A stretch of DNA of 25,617 nucleotides from Planctomycetia bacterium (GTDB taxonomy: Bacteria; Planctomycetota; Planctomycetia; Pirellulales; UBA1268), in contig JBJSZP010000411.1 of assembly GCA_046090365.1 (NCBI GenBank), positions 1 to 25,617 of the forward strand, given 5' to 3'. Both the position numbers and the translations under genes were made by a program. The notes under the pieces were generated by a model. It had not been told where the DNA came from, did not search any database, and was given only the letters and a program-made list of their open reading frames with translations. Below, piece after piece: positions 1 through 10,874 of the stretch (position 1 is its first letter; every line of letters starts with the position of its first letter).

Positions 1-2714
<2,714 letters not shown>

Positions 2715-2720
2715 GTCGCC

Positions 2721-2726
2721 ATTGTA
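2721..2726 (-). promoter_or_regulatory. Putative -10 box (TACAAT) of a leaderless uvrA transcript
   Basis: TACAAT lies 6 nt upstream of ATG 2714; no Shine-Dalgarno; no clear -35. Confidence 0.55.
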
Positions 2727-2734
2727 GAGGCGGC

Positions 2735-2763
2735 TTTACAGTGGGGGGACGGTGCCGTACGAT
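2735..2763 (+). promoter_or_regulatory. Putative sigma70 promoter of tRNA-Ala
   Basis: TTTACA (2735-2740), 17-nt spacer, TACGAT (2758-2763), 43 nt upstream of the tRNA. Confidence 0.65.
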
Positions 2764-2806
2764 CGATTTTCCGGCGGTGGCAGCGGCATCCCCGCGCCAC
2801 CCGATC

Positions 2807-2879
2807 GGGGCGGTAGCTCAACTGGGAGAGCGCGGCGTTCGCAATGCCGAGGTTGGGAGTTCGATCCTCCTCCGCTCCA
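2807..2879 (+). tRNA. tRNA-Ala (anticodon CGC), CCA not encoded
   Basis: Cloverleaf: acceptor GGGGCGG/CCGCTCC with the G3:U70 Ala identity pair, D-arm GCTC/GAGC, anticodon loop TT-CGC-AA, T-loop TTCGATC, discriminator A. Confidence 0.97.
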
Positions 2880-2885
2880 TTTCAC

Positions 2886-3070
2886 GGCTGCACGGCCATC
2901 CTGGCCCGTGCAGCCTTGAGGGCGTGGCGGCCTTCCAGGCCTTCCTCCCCGCAGCCCTGGCCCGGCGGAGGGAAAGCCAAGGTTTCCCTCGCCGGGCGTG
3001 CGCGAGCCCTCCCGACGTGCGGGCTTGCGCCCGCCGTCTTGGCTCGCGTGGCCGCCACGCGGTGGCGGCC
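2886..3070. other. Cluster of four strong GC-rich hairpins between the tRNA and the sigma factor
   Basis: Stems 2886-2895/2906-2915 (10 bp); 2960-2997 (7+8+2 bp with bulges); 3000-3009/3021-3030 (10 bp, one G-U); 3050-3058/3062-3070 (9 bp). Confidence 0.6.
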
Positions 3071-3093
3071 GATCGAATTGGGAGGGCTTGCAC

Positions 3094-3720
3094 GTGGCGT
3101 CTGATGCATCGTCGACGGTGTCACGGTCGGCCGATCCGTCGACGGCGCTGATGTTGCGCGTGCGCGATGGGGATGCGCAGGCGTTCGAGGAGCTCGTCGT
3201 GCTCTGGCAGGATCGGCTCGTGACGCTGTTTCGCCACCACACCGGCGACCACGCGATCGCCGAAGATCTCGCCCAGGAGGTGTTTCTGCGGGTGTACCGC
3301 GCCCGGGCTTCCTACAAGCCGACGGCGAAGTTCACCACCTGGATCCACACGATCGCCAACAACGTCTCGAGCGATCTCCGCCAGCGGGCCTACCGCCGCA
3401 AGGAGCGGGGCGTGCCGCAGAACGTGTCGGCCTCGACGAGCGCGATCGGCCTCGAGCATCTCGCCGTCGCAGCGAGCGGCATGCGGCCCGCGCGGCAGGC
3501 CGACCGCAGCGAGCTTCGCGACGTCGTCCAGGACGCGATCGCGTCGCTCGCCGACAACCAGCGGATGGCGGTGCTGCTCGCGAAGTTCGAGCACTGCTCC
3601 TACGAGGAGATCGCCCAGGCGATGGGGCTCTCCGTGCCCGCCGTGAAGTCGCTGTTGTTCCGGGCCCGCGACCAGCTCCGCGAGAAGCTCGGGCCCTACG
3701 AGCGGGAGGGCGTGCGGTGA
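3094..3720 (+). CDS. ECF sigma-70 family RNA polymerase sigma factor
   Basis: Region 2 (AEDLAQEVFLRVYR, FTTWIHTIANN) and region 4 (SYEEIAQAMGLSVPAVKSLLFRAR). GTG 3094 preceded by GGAGGG chosen as start instead of 2998. Confidence 0.95.
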   Translation: MASDASSTVSRSADPSTALMLRVRDGDAQAFEELVVLWQDRLVTLFRHHTGDHAIAEDLAQEVFLRVYRARASYKPTAKFTTWIHTIANNVSSDLRQRAYRRKERGVPQNVSASTSAIGLEHLAVAASGMRPARQADRSELRDVVQDAIASLADNQRMAVLLAKFEHCSYEEIAQAMGLSVPAVKSLLFRARDQLREKLGPYEREGVR

Positions 3721-4658
3721 GCGAGCGCACGCACGCATCGCCAGCCGCCGACACGCCCGCCGAGCTGCTCGGGCCGGCGTGGGACCTGCTCGACGCGCTG
3801 CCGCGGACGACCGCCCCCGCGGGCATGACGGCGACCACCGTCGAGATGGCCGCGGCCCGGTCGCGGCCGGCACGGGCATCGTGGTGGCGGGGCTGGATCG
3901 CCCCCGTGGTGGTCGTGGCGGCCGCGTTCGTCGTGGGCGTGGCGGCGGGCCGGGGGACCACGACCGACGCCGAGCAATTCGTGTTCGACTACCTGCCCGT
4001 GTTCGAGCACTACGACGTCCTCCGCGAGGCCGGGAGCATAGAGTTTCTGATGGCCCTCGCACGGAAAAACTACCCGCCTCCGCGGCGGCTGTTTCCGCGG
4101 AATGGCGACGGCGGTCCGCCCACATATGAGGCGCTCGATGCGGCCGTCGCGGCGCTCGCAGCCGAGCCGTTTGGCGCGGGCGCAGGCGGCGAGGCTGAGC
4201 GGCGGGCGGCCTTCTCGCGGCAAACCCCCGAGGAGCGGCGCCGGGTGGCCGATGCCGCCGCCGCCGTCCAGCGGCTCTCGTCGATGGAACGCCGCGATCT
4301 CATGCACCTCGCGCGAACGCTCGGCGGCCGCGACGGCACGGGCCCCGACCGCGACGAGCTGCTCGCCGCCGCGCGGCTCTGGCACCAGTGGCTCGCCACG
4401 CGCGATCCGGCCGACCGCAAGGCCGTGATCGACCTCGACACGGCCGAGCGGCTCGAGTGGCTCGACTACGCCCTCGCCCGGCCCGGGGCCGGCCGCGGCG
4501 GCGCGTTTCGCGACGGGGGCGGGTTTCGCGGGTTTCCGCCGCCGGGCCCGCCGCCGGAAGGGGCTCCGGTCGACGGCCCACGGTTCAACGGCCGGCCGCC
4601 GTTCGACCCGCGGCCCCGGCCTCCACTTCCCCGAGAAACTCCAGCACCGCCGCGTTGA
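3717..4658 (+). CDS. Putative membrane-anchored anti-sigma factor
   Basis: GTGA overlap with the sigma stop; short N-terminal domain (AWDLLDALP), one TM helix (WIAPVVVVAAAFVVGVAAG), helical extracytoplasmic region and a G/P/R/F-rich tail. Confidence 0.7.
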   Translation: MSERTHASPAADTPAELLGPAWDLLDALPRTTAPAGMTATTVEMAAARSRPARASWWRGWIAPVVVVAAAFVVGVAAGRGTTTDAEQFVFDYLPVFEHYDVLREAGSIEFLMALARKNYPPPRRLFPRNGDGGPPTYEALDAAVAALAAEPFGAGAGGEAERRAAFSRQTPEERRRVADAAAAVQRLSSMERRDLMHLARTLGGRDGTGPDRDELLAAARLWHQWLATRDPADRKAVIDLDTAERLEWLDYALARPGAGRGGAFRDGGGFRGFPPPGPPPEGAPVDGPRFNGRPPFDPRPRPPLPRETPAPPR

Positions 4659-5421
4659 ACGTGGCCGGATCCTCGAGCGGCGCCATGTGGCCACACCGCG
4701 GCATGATCAGGAGGCGGGGCCGCTGGAGCACCCGCTCGGCCCGCTCCATGCACTCCGGCGGCGTGATCGCGTCTTCTGCGCCGACGACGAGCAGCACGGG
4801 TACCGCGACGGCTCGCATCGGCTCCACCATGTCGGGCCGGGCGGCAAGGGCGGCGAGCGCCGCGGTGATCGTGGCGACGGGCGTGGCGTGGATCGTGCTA
4901 CGCAGGTATTCCTCGATCAGGGGCCGGGCTGGGCTCGCCCGCGCCGCCTCCGACCGGGCGAGCAGGTTGGGGATCATCGCCTCGGCGACCGCCTCCTGGC
5001 CGACCCGCGCGACCGTCGCGGCGAGCTTGCTCCGCGCCGCGCGGGCCTCGGGCGTGTCGGCCTCGAGCTTCGTGTCGACGAGCACGAGCGCCCGCACGCG
5101 GCCGGGGTGGCGCACCGCCACGTGCTCGGCCACGTAGCCCCCCATCGACAGGCCGCAGATCACGGCCGGCTCGGCCACGTGCAACGCGTCGAGGAGGGCG
5201 ACGACGTCGTCGCCCAACTGGGCGATGCTCTCGGGCCCCGCGCCGCCGCTCGCGCCGAAGCCGCGTTGGTCGGGCACGATCAGCCGCACGGAGTCGGCGA
5301 GCGCGTCCTGCCCGGACCACATCGCGTGGTCGAGGGGAAACCCGTGGAGCAGCACGACGGGCAGGCCGCTGCCGCGCGAGTGGACCGCGAGGCTGACGTC
5401 GGGGAGGGAGACGTGGTGCAT
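4585..5421 (-). CDS. Alpha/beta fold hydrolase (PcaD-like)
   Basis: HGFPLD oxyanion motif, GLSMGG nucleophile elbow, GAEDAIT acid, GHMAPLE histidine. Confidence 0.93.
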   Translation of the reverse strand: MHHVSLPDVSLAVHSRGSGLPVVLLHGFPLDHAMWSGQDALADSVRLIVPDQRGFGASGGAGPESIAQLGDDVVALLDALHVAEPAVICGLSMGGYVAEHVAVRHPGRVRALVLVDTKLEADTPEARAARSKLAATVARVGQEAVAEAMIPNLLARSEAARASPARPLIEEYLRSTIHATPVATITAALAALAARPDMVEPMRAVAVPVLLVVGAEDAITPPECMERAERVLQRPRLLIMPRCGHMAPLEDPATFNAAVLEFLGEVEAGAAGRTAAGR

Positions 5422-5424
5422 GAC

Positions 5425-5476
5425 GTAGGACAGGCTTTAGCCTGTCGGGTGTGGGACAGACTGAAGCCTGTCCTAC
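5425..5476. repeat. REP-like doublet, GACAGGC family
   Basis: GTAG-GACAGGC-TTTA-GCCTGTC (5425-5446) and, on the minus strand, GTAG-GACAGGC-TTCA-GTCTGTC-CCAC (5451-5476). Related copies at 18015-18037 and 25281-25327. Confidence 0.85.
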
Positions 5477-7293
5477 GGGGCGAGGTTTTCGAACCGCTCG
5501 AGGTTGCGCTGGATCGTGCGGTTGTGCGGCTCGTAGCGCTTCGCGAGCCGCTGCGTGCGGATCGCGGCGGCGTGCCGCCCCGCGGCGGCGTAGCAGTGGG
5601 CGAGCGTGTCGAGAAAACTCGCGTTGTCGAACGACTTGAGCAGCGACACCTTCGAGAATCGCGTGGCCTTGGCCACGTCGCCTTCCGTGTTGGCCACGAG
5701 CCACGCATATTCGTTGTAGCCCGACGCTTCGTCGGGCACGGCGTTGATCTCGTCCTCGAGCTGCAACGCGGCGGCCTTCACCTTGCGAACCGCATCGGCC
5801 CGCTGCTCGGCCGTGTGGTTGGGGAAACTGTAGAGCGCGATCAGGGCATCGACGTCCTTCGGATAGACGGCGAGCGCCTTCTCGAGCTTGGCACGGCTGC
5901 CGGCCATGTCGCCCTTCTGGAGGAGCGCACACGCCTCGAAGAAGTGCATCCGGGAACGGATCGACCGCAGGTCGCGGCCGAGAAGCCCCTGTCCGAGACC
6001 GCCGTCGCGGCGGCCATCGCCCTGTTCGTCGTCGCCGAACACTTTCCGCAGGCAGCGGGCGGCCTCCTCGTCGCGCTCGAGGTCGTGAAGCAGTTCCGAG
6101 TACAGCATCGACACGGCCGCCGCTTCGGCGACAGGGAGGCTCGGCTCGGCCAGGATGCGGTCGTAGAGATCGACGGACCAGTCGATGCCGCCCCACTTCG
6201 CGAGCAGCCGCGCGGCCGCCAGCCGGTCGGACACGTCGGCCCGCGCCGCAGCCGCGAACGCCGCGGTGATCCGTTCGGCCGCCTGGGCCTCGCGGCCCCG
6301 GGCCCGCTCCGCGAGCGCGATCGCACAGCCCACGAGCGGGTTGCCGTCGGCGACGCCCGGCACGGCGAGCATGGCCTCGACCGCCTCGGGCAGCCCCGCC
6401 TCGACCGCCCACGTGAGCGCTTCGACGCCCCCGGCGCGGGTGTCGTCGTCATCCTCGAGGGCCGCGGCCACGTGCGCCCGCGCGGCGGCGATGGCCTCGT
6501 CGCGGCGGCCGGCAGCGGCGAGCATCTGGGCGTGGCAGCGGGTGAAGATCTGTTCGGTGTGGCTGAAGATCACCTGCGACTCCTCCACGCCCTCGCCCGT
6601 GGAGAGCAGGGGCACGCCGTCGGGCGCGGGGCGGCGCAGGTCGTCGAGCGTGGTGGTGGCGGCGGCAAGCGCCGTATCGCGGTCGGCCGGGCTCGACGCG
6701 CCGGTGAAGGCCACGAGCGCCGAGAGGAACCGGGCCGCCGGCCGCGTGCTGGGGCCGAGGCCCGCCTCGATGCGGCGGCGGATGTCGGGCCACGAGGGAT
6801 CGCCCTCCCGCCACTCGCGGGCGAGCAGCGCCGCCGCGATCCGCGAGCCGGCCGTCGATGGATCGAGCCGCGTCACGCGGGCGAGCGGCTCGATGCCGGC
6901 GTCGTCGTCGATCCGCAGGAGCCGGTGCATCGCCCGCACGCGTTCGCCGAAGTCGCGCTGCTTGAACCGGGCGAGCAGTTTCACGACCTCGGGCGGGTCG
7001 TGCGGCAGTTCGAAGGGGATCGTCTCCACGAGCCAGCGGGCCCGGAGGGCGATCTCGAGATCGCCGCTCGTCTCGCCGGCCTCGAGAAGGGCGTCGATCG
7101 CGCCGGGCCCGAGCGCCTTGAGCTCCGCGGCCGCCGCCTCGCGGCGGTGATAGTCGTCGTCGCCGAGGGCCTCGACGAGGGTGCCGAGCCGCTCCTGCGT
7201 GTCGGTGTCGGCGCCGGCCCTCGTCGCGGCGAGCACGTGACACGCGAGCAGGAGGACGGCGACGTTCGACAGGCGGAGCAGGCCCAATGCCAT
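5473..7293 (-). CDS. Exported helical-repeat (HEAT-like N-terminus, TPR C-terminus) protein
   Basis: 606-aa ORF with a signal-peptide-like N-terminus, LVEALGDDDYHRREAAAAELKALG, and TPR-like AYNEYAWLVAN...FLDTLAHCYAAAG segments. Confidence 0.85.
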   Translation of the reverse strand: MALGLLRLSNVAVLLLACHVLAATRAGADTDTQERLGTLVEALGDDDYHRREAAAAELKALGPGAIDALLEAGETSGDLEIALRARWLVETIPFELPHDPPEVVKLLARFKQRDFGERVRAMHRLLRIDDDAGIEPLARVTRLDPSTAGSRIAAALLAREWREGDPSWPDIRRRIEAGLGPSTRPAARFLSALVAFTGASSPADRDTALAAATTTLDDLRRPAPDGVPLLSTGEGVEESQVIFSHTEQIFTRCHAQMLAAAGRRDEAIAAARAHVAAALEDDDDTRAGGVEALTWAVEAGLPEAVEAMLAVPGVADGNPLVGCAIALAERARGREAQAAERITAAFAAAARADVSDRLAAARLLAKWGGIDWSVDLYDRILAEPSLPVAEAAAVSMLYSELLHDLERDEEAARCLRKVFGDDEQGDGRRDGGLGQGLLGRDLRSIRSRMHFFEACALLQKGDMAGSRAKLEKALAVYPKDVDALIALYSFPNHTAEQRADAVRKVKAAALQLEDEINAVPDEASGYNEYAWLVANTEGDVAKATRFSKVSLLKSFDNASFLDTLAHCYAAAGRHAAAIRTQRLAKRYEPHNRTIQRNLERFENLAP

Positions 7294-7390
7294 CGCGACT
7301 CTCCCGACGGCGGGTGGCAGCTCCGACGGCGGGCGGCACCCGGATCACCTTCAGCCTACGTCCGCCGCCGACGCGTGGGCAAGCGGCCGG

Positions 7391-7969
7391 TCAGGTCTCG
7401 CCGGGTTCGATTCCCAGGTCGCGGATCGTGACCAGCGACTCCAGCGGAATTCCCTGGGCGGCGAAGGCCGCCTCGGCTCCGGCGAGCCGGTCGATCACGG
7501 TCACCACCCGCTCGACGACGAGGCCGAACTCCCGCGCCCGCTCGATGGCCAGAAGCGACGACCCGCCGGTGGTGGTCACGTCTTCGACGATCACGACGCG
7601 GTGGCCGGGCTCCACCGGTCCCTCCACGTAACGCTTCGTGCCGTGGTCCTTCGGCTCCTTGCGGATCATGAAGCCCTTGAGCGGGCGGCCCGCGACGCCC
7701 GCCATGGTGACGACCGCGCTCGTGATCGGGTCGGCGCCGATCGACATCCCGCCGACGGCGTCGGGAAACCGGGGGAGCGCCGCGAGGCGGGCGAGGATCG
7801 CCTGGCCGACGAGCATCGAGCCTTCGGCGTCGAGCACCACCTGCTTCGCGTCGAGGTAGAAGCTCGCCTCGCGGCCCGATGCCAGCCGAAACGTCCCCCG
7901 CTTGAGCGCCTTGCGGGCGACGAGGTCGACGAGCCGGCTCGTGAGATCGGGGGCGGCAGGCATGGCCAT
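7391..7969 (-). CDS. pyrE: Orotate phosphoribosyltransferase
   Basis: FRLASGREASFYLD, IRKEPKDHGT, PRPP-binding VIVEDVTTTGGS; alternative start at 7963. Confidence 0.97.
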   Translation of the reverse strand: MAMPAAPDLTSRLVDLVARKALKRGTFRLASGREASFYLDAKQVVLDAEGSMLVGQAILARLAALPRFPDAVGGMSIGADPITSAVVTMAGVAGRPLKGFMIRKEPKDHGTKRYVEGPVEPGHRVVIVEDVTTTGGSSLLAIERAREFGLVVERVVTVIDRLAGAEAAFAAQGIPLESLVTIRDLGIEPGET

Positions 7970-7978
7970 AGGCGCGGG

Positions 7979-7987
7979 AGTATAGCA
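7979..7987 (-). promoter_or_regulatory. Putative extended -10 promoter (TGcTATACT) for pyrE
   Basis: TGC-TATACT lies 9 nt upstream of ATG 7969. Confidence 0.55.
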
Positions 7988-7999
7988 GCCGGGCGATTT

Positions 8000-8027
8000 T
8001 TGACTCGCCGGGGCACGGTTTTAGAAT
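8000..8027 (+). promoter_or_regulatory. Putative sigma70 promoter of the nfeD-floA operon (leaderless)
   Basis: TTGACT (8000-8005), 16 nt, TAGAAT (8022-8027), 6 nt, ATG 8034. Confidence 0.65.
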
Positions 8028-8033
8028 GCAGCC

Positions 8034-10175
8034 ATGGCTCGCTCTCGGCTTGTGTCCGCCCTGTGTTGCGCGCTCGTGGCGGCGGTGGCCGTGGTTTCGG
8101 CGGCCGATCCCGCGGCGGCTGCCGACGCGCCCGTGCCGGCGGCCACGGTGGTCGTGCGGCTGCCGCTCACCGGCACACGCGACACGCAGGTGAAGTCCGC
8201 CATCCTGCGGACGCTCGACGGCCTGCGTGCCCCGGCGCCACACCGCGGCGTGCTCGTGCTCGAATTCCGTCCGACCGACGACGAGGGCGCCCTCGCCAGC
8301 GATTTTGGCCGGGCGGTCGAACTGGCCCGCTTTCTCGGCGACGCCCGGCTCGGCGGCGTGAAGACGGTGGCATTCCTGCCGGAAGGCCTGCGCGGGCATG
8401 CCGTGCTCGCGGCGCTGGCGTGCGAGGAGATCGTGATGCCGGCCGACGCGGTGCTCGGGCCGGCGAACGCGGAGGAGCCGGCCGTCGATGACGCGATGCG
8501 GGCTGCCTACGCCCAGGTGGCCGGCCGCCGCAAGACCGTGCCGCCGGCGCTCGCGCTGGCCCTGCTCGATCCGGCCGCGAAGGTTGTGCGGGTGTCGACC
8601 GACGACGGCGAGCGGTTCGTCGCGGAGCGCGACCTCGATGCCGTGAAGCGCGACGCCGCGGTGCTCGCCGTCGACGAGGTGGGCCCGGTGCCGCTTGCGC
8701 TCACGGGCCGCCGGGCCCGCGAGTTCGGCGTCGTGCGGCTCCTCGCCGCGAGCCCGGCCGAGCTCGCCCGCGGGCTCGGCGTCGACGAGCAGTCGCTCAT
8801 GGCGAACGCCGCGGCCGAGGGGGGATGGAAGGCCGCGCAGGTGGTCGTGTCGGGGCCGATCACGGCCGACGCCGTCGCCCGCGCGCGGCGGACGATCGAC
8901 GAGGCCGTCGCCGGCGGGGCCAATTTCATCTGCCTCCGGATCGACAGCCCGGGCGGAGATCCGGAGCAGAGCCTCGTGCTCGCCACTTGGCTGGCGACGC
9001 TCGACCCGGCGCGGGTGCGGACGGTGGCCTGGGTGCCGCGCGAGGCGCGGGCCGATGCGGCGCTCGTGGCCCTCGCCTGCGATGAGCTCGCGATCGCCCC
9101 GCTGGCCGTGCTCGGTGGCGAAGGGGCCGCCACCATCGATCCGCGCCGCTCCGAGGCCCTCGCCGTGGCGTGGGCGGAGGGCGTGGCCAAGAAGCGTGGC
9201 CGATCCTGGTCGCTGCCGGTGGCGCTCGTGACCCCGGGCATGGTCGTGCACCGGGCGACCCAGGAGGCCACCGGCCGCAGCGACTTCTTCAGCGACGCCG
9301 AACTCCTGCCGCGCGAGGACCGCGACTCGTGGAAACTCGGCGACGATGTGGGCGTCGGCCCGATCGAGCTCTCCGGCAGGAAGGCCGAGTCGCTCGGGCT
9401 CGCGACGCACGTGGTCGACGGCTTCCCGGCGCTCGTCGCCACGTATGGCCTGCCGGCCGATATCGCCCTCAAGGAGCCTGGCTGGGCCGACCGGCTGCTC
9501 GACGCGCTCGCGAGCCCCGGCGTCGCCTGGCTCCTGCTCCTGATCGGGGGAGCCGGGCTTTATATAGAGATGCACACGCCCGGCGTCGGCCTGGGCGGGT
9601 TCGTGGCGATGGTGGCCTTCATCGTCTACTTCTGGAGCCAGCACCTGCATGGCACGAGCGGCTGGCTCGAGGTGATGCTGTTTCTCGCGGGGCTCTTTTG
9701 CCTCGCGGCCGAGATCTTCGTGCTCCCCGGATTCGGCGTGCTGGGCCTGGGCGGCGGGCTGCTCGTGATCGCCGCGCTCGTGCTCGCGAGCCAGTCGTTC
9801 GTGCTTCCGTCCAACGACTACCAGATCCGTCAGCTGCAGTGGTCGCTCCTGGGGATCCTCGGTGCGGCCGTGGGCGTGGCCCTCGTCGGCGTGCTCGTGC
9901 GCCGCTGGCTGCCGCGGGCGCCCGTGCTGCGGCATGTGCTGCTCGAGCCGCCAGCCGAGGATCTCGCCGTCGAGGAGCCGCCGCCGGTGGCGGTGGGCCG
10001 GCAGGGCGTGGCCACCACGCGGCTCGTGCCGGCGGGGAAGGCGCGGATCGACGGCCACCTCGTCGACGTGGCCACCGACGGCCATCTCGTGGAGCCGGGC
10101 GAGGCGGTGCAGGTCGTCGAGGTGCGCGGTGGCCGGATCGTGGTGCGGCCGGCGGGCGGGACGGGTGCGCGATGA
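8034..10175 (+). CDS. Long NfeD-family membrane protein with two ClpP/crotonase-like domains
   Basis: Signal peptide, LRIDSPGG, two ALAC[ED]E segments, multi-TM block (LYIEMHTPGVGLGG, AEIFVLPGFGVLG), C-terminal OB-like GKARIDGHLVDVAT. Confidence 0.9.
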   Translation: MARSRLVSALCCALVAAVAVVSAADPAAAADAPVPAATVVVRLPLTGTRDTQVKSAILRTLDGLRAPAPHRGVLVLEFRPTDDEGALASDFGRAVELARFLGDARLGGVKTVAFLPEGLRGHAVLAALACEEIVMPADAVLGPANAEEPAVDDAMRAAYAQVAGRRKTVPPALALALLDPAAKVVRVSTDDGERFVAERDLDAVKRDAAVLAVDEVGPVPLALTGRRAREFGVVRLLAASPAELARGLGVDEQSLMANAAAEGGWKAAQVVVSGPITADAVARARRTIDEAVAGGANFICLRIDSPGGDPEQSLVLATWLATLDPARVRTVAWVPREARADAALVALACDELAIAPLAVLGGEGAATIDPRRSEALAVAWAEGVAKKRGRSWSLPVALVTPGMVVHRATQEATGRSDFFSDAELLPREDRDSWKLGDDVGVGPIELSGRKAESLGLATHVVDGFPALVATYGLPADIALKEPGWADRLLDALASPGVAWLLLLIGGAGLYIEMHTPGVGLGGFVAMVAFIVYFWSQHLHGTSGWLEVMLFLAGLFCLAAEIFVLPGFGVLGLGGGLLVIAALVLASQSFVLPSNDYQIRQLQWSLLGILGAAVGVALVGVLVRRWLPRAPVLRHVLLEPPAEDLAVEEPPPVAVGRQGVATTRLVPAGKARIDGHLVDVATDGHLVEPGEAVQVVEVRGGRIVVRPAGGTGAR

Positions 10176-10789
10176 CGGCGCTCGTGTGGGTCGTCGTGCT
10201 GCTCGTCGTGGGCCTGGCGGTGATGGTGCTCGAGGTGTTTCTCCCGTCGGGCGGGATCCTGGGTTTCTTGAGCCTCACGGCGATCGTGGCCGCGATCGCC
10301 ACCGCATTCCTCGAACTGGGCGCGACGGCGGGGCTCGTGATGCTCGCCGTGGCCACGGTGGTGGTGCCGGTGGTGCTCGGGCTCGCGTTTCGCTGGTTTC
10401 CCGAGACGCCGCTCGGCCGGCGGGTGCTGCCGCCCCCGCCCGAGCCGCTCGATGTCGCCCCGGCGGCGGCCCGGCGGCGGGAACTTGAAAAACTCGTGGG
10501 CCGGCCCGGTCGCGCCGTGAGCGAGATGCTCCCCTGGGGCGTCGTCGAGGTCGACGGTGTGCGGCTCGAGGCCCTCAGTGAGAGCGGTCCGATCGACCGC
10601 GGGGCGGCGATCGAGGCCGTGGGCGTGCAGGGCCGCGACCTCGTGGTGGCGGCGGTGCGCGGTCGAGACGGGCTGGCGGAGGCCGCAGGACCGGCGCAAT
10701 CGGCACGGCAGGAGGCCGAGGGGGCCGACCGGCTGTCGCCGACGCTCGAAACCTTCGAGTTCGACGGACTCGCCCCGCCGCCGCCTTGA
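10172..10789 (+). CDS. Short NfeD-family protein (TM + OB-fold)
   Basis: ATGA overlap with the upstream stop; [34 protein letters not shown]. The ORF track start at 9170 is a shadow extension. Confidence 0.9.
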   Translation: MTALVWVVVLLVVGLAVMVLEVFLPSGGILGFLSLTAIVAAIATAFLELGATAGLVMLAVATVVVPVVLGLAFRWFPETPLGRRVLPPPPEPLDVAPAAARRRELEKLVGRPGRAVSEMLPWGVVEVDGVRLEALSESGPIDRGAAIEAVGVQGRDLVVAAVRGRDGLAEAAGPAQSARQEAEGADRLSPTLETFEFDGLAPPPP

Positions 10790-10874
10790 CTCACCCCCGC
10801 CCCGGAACAAGTCTTGGAAGGCCGGGGAGTCCCGGCAGCACCGCCACCAGGCCCCCAGCGAACGGAGCACGTCC

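Noticed and set aside
2807-2900. tRNA-Ala as a genomic island attachment site
   Set aside because: No integrase and no duplicated tRNA 3' end found in the window; flanking genes look native.
2998-3093. Longer N-termini given by the ORF track (2998, 9170, 10557, 10814, 14174, 16515, 18734, 21321, 24105)
   Set aside because: The extensions overlap neighbouring genes or hairpin regions; internal starts match family N-termini, SD or -10 spacing, or stop/start overlaps.
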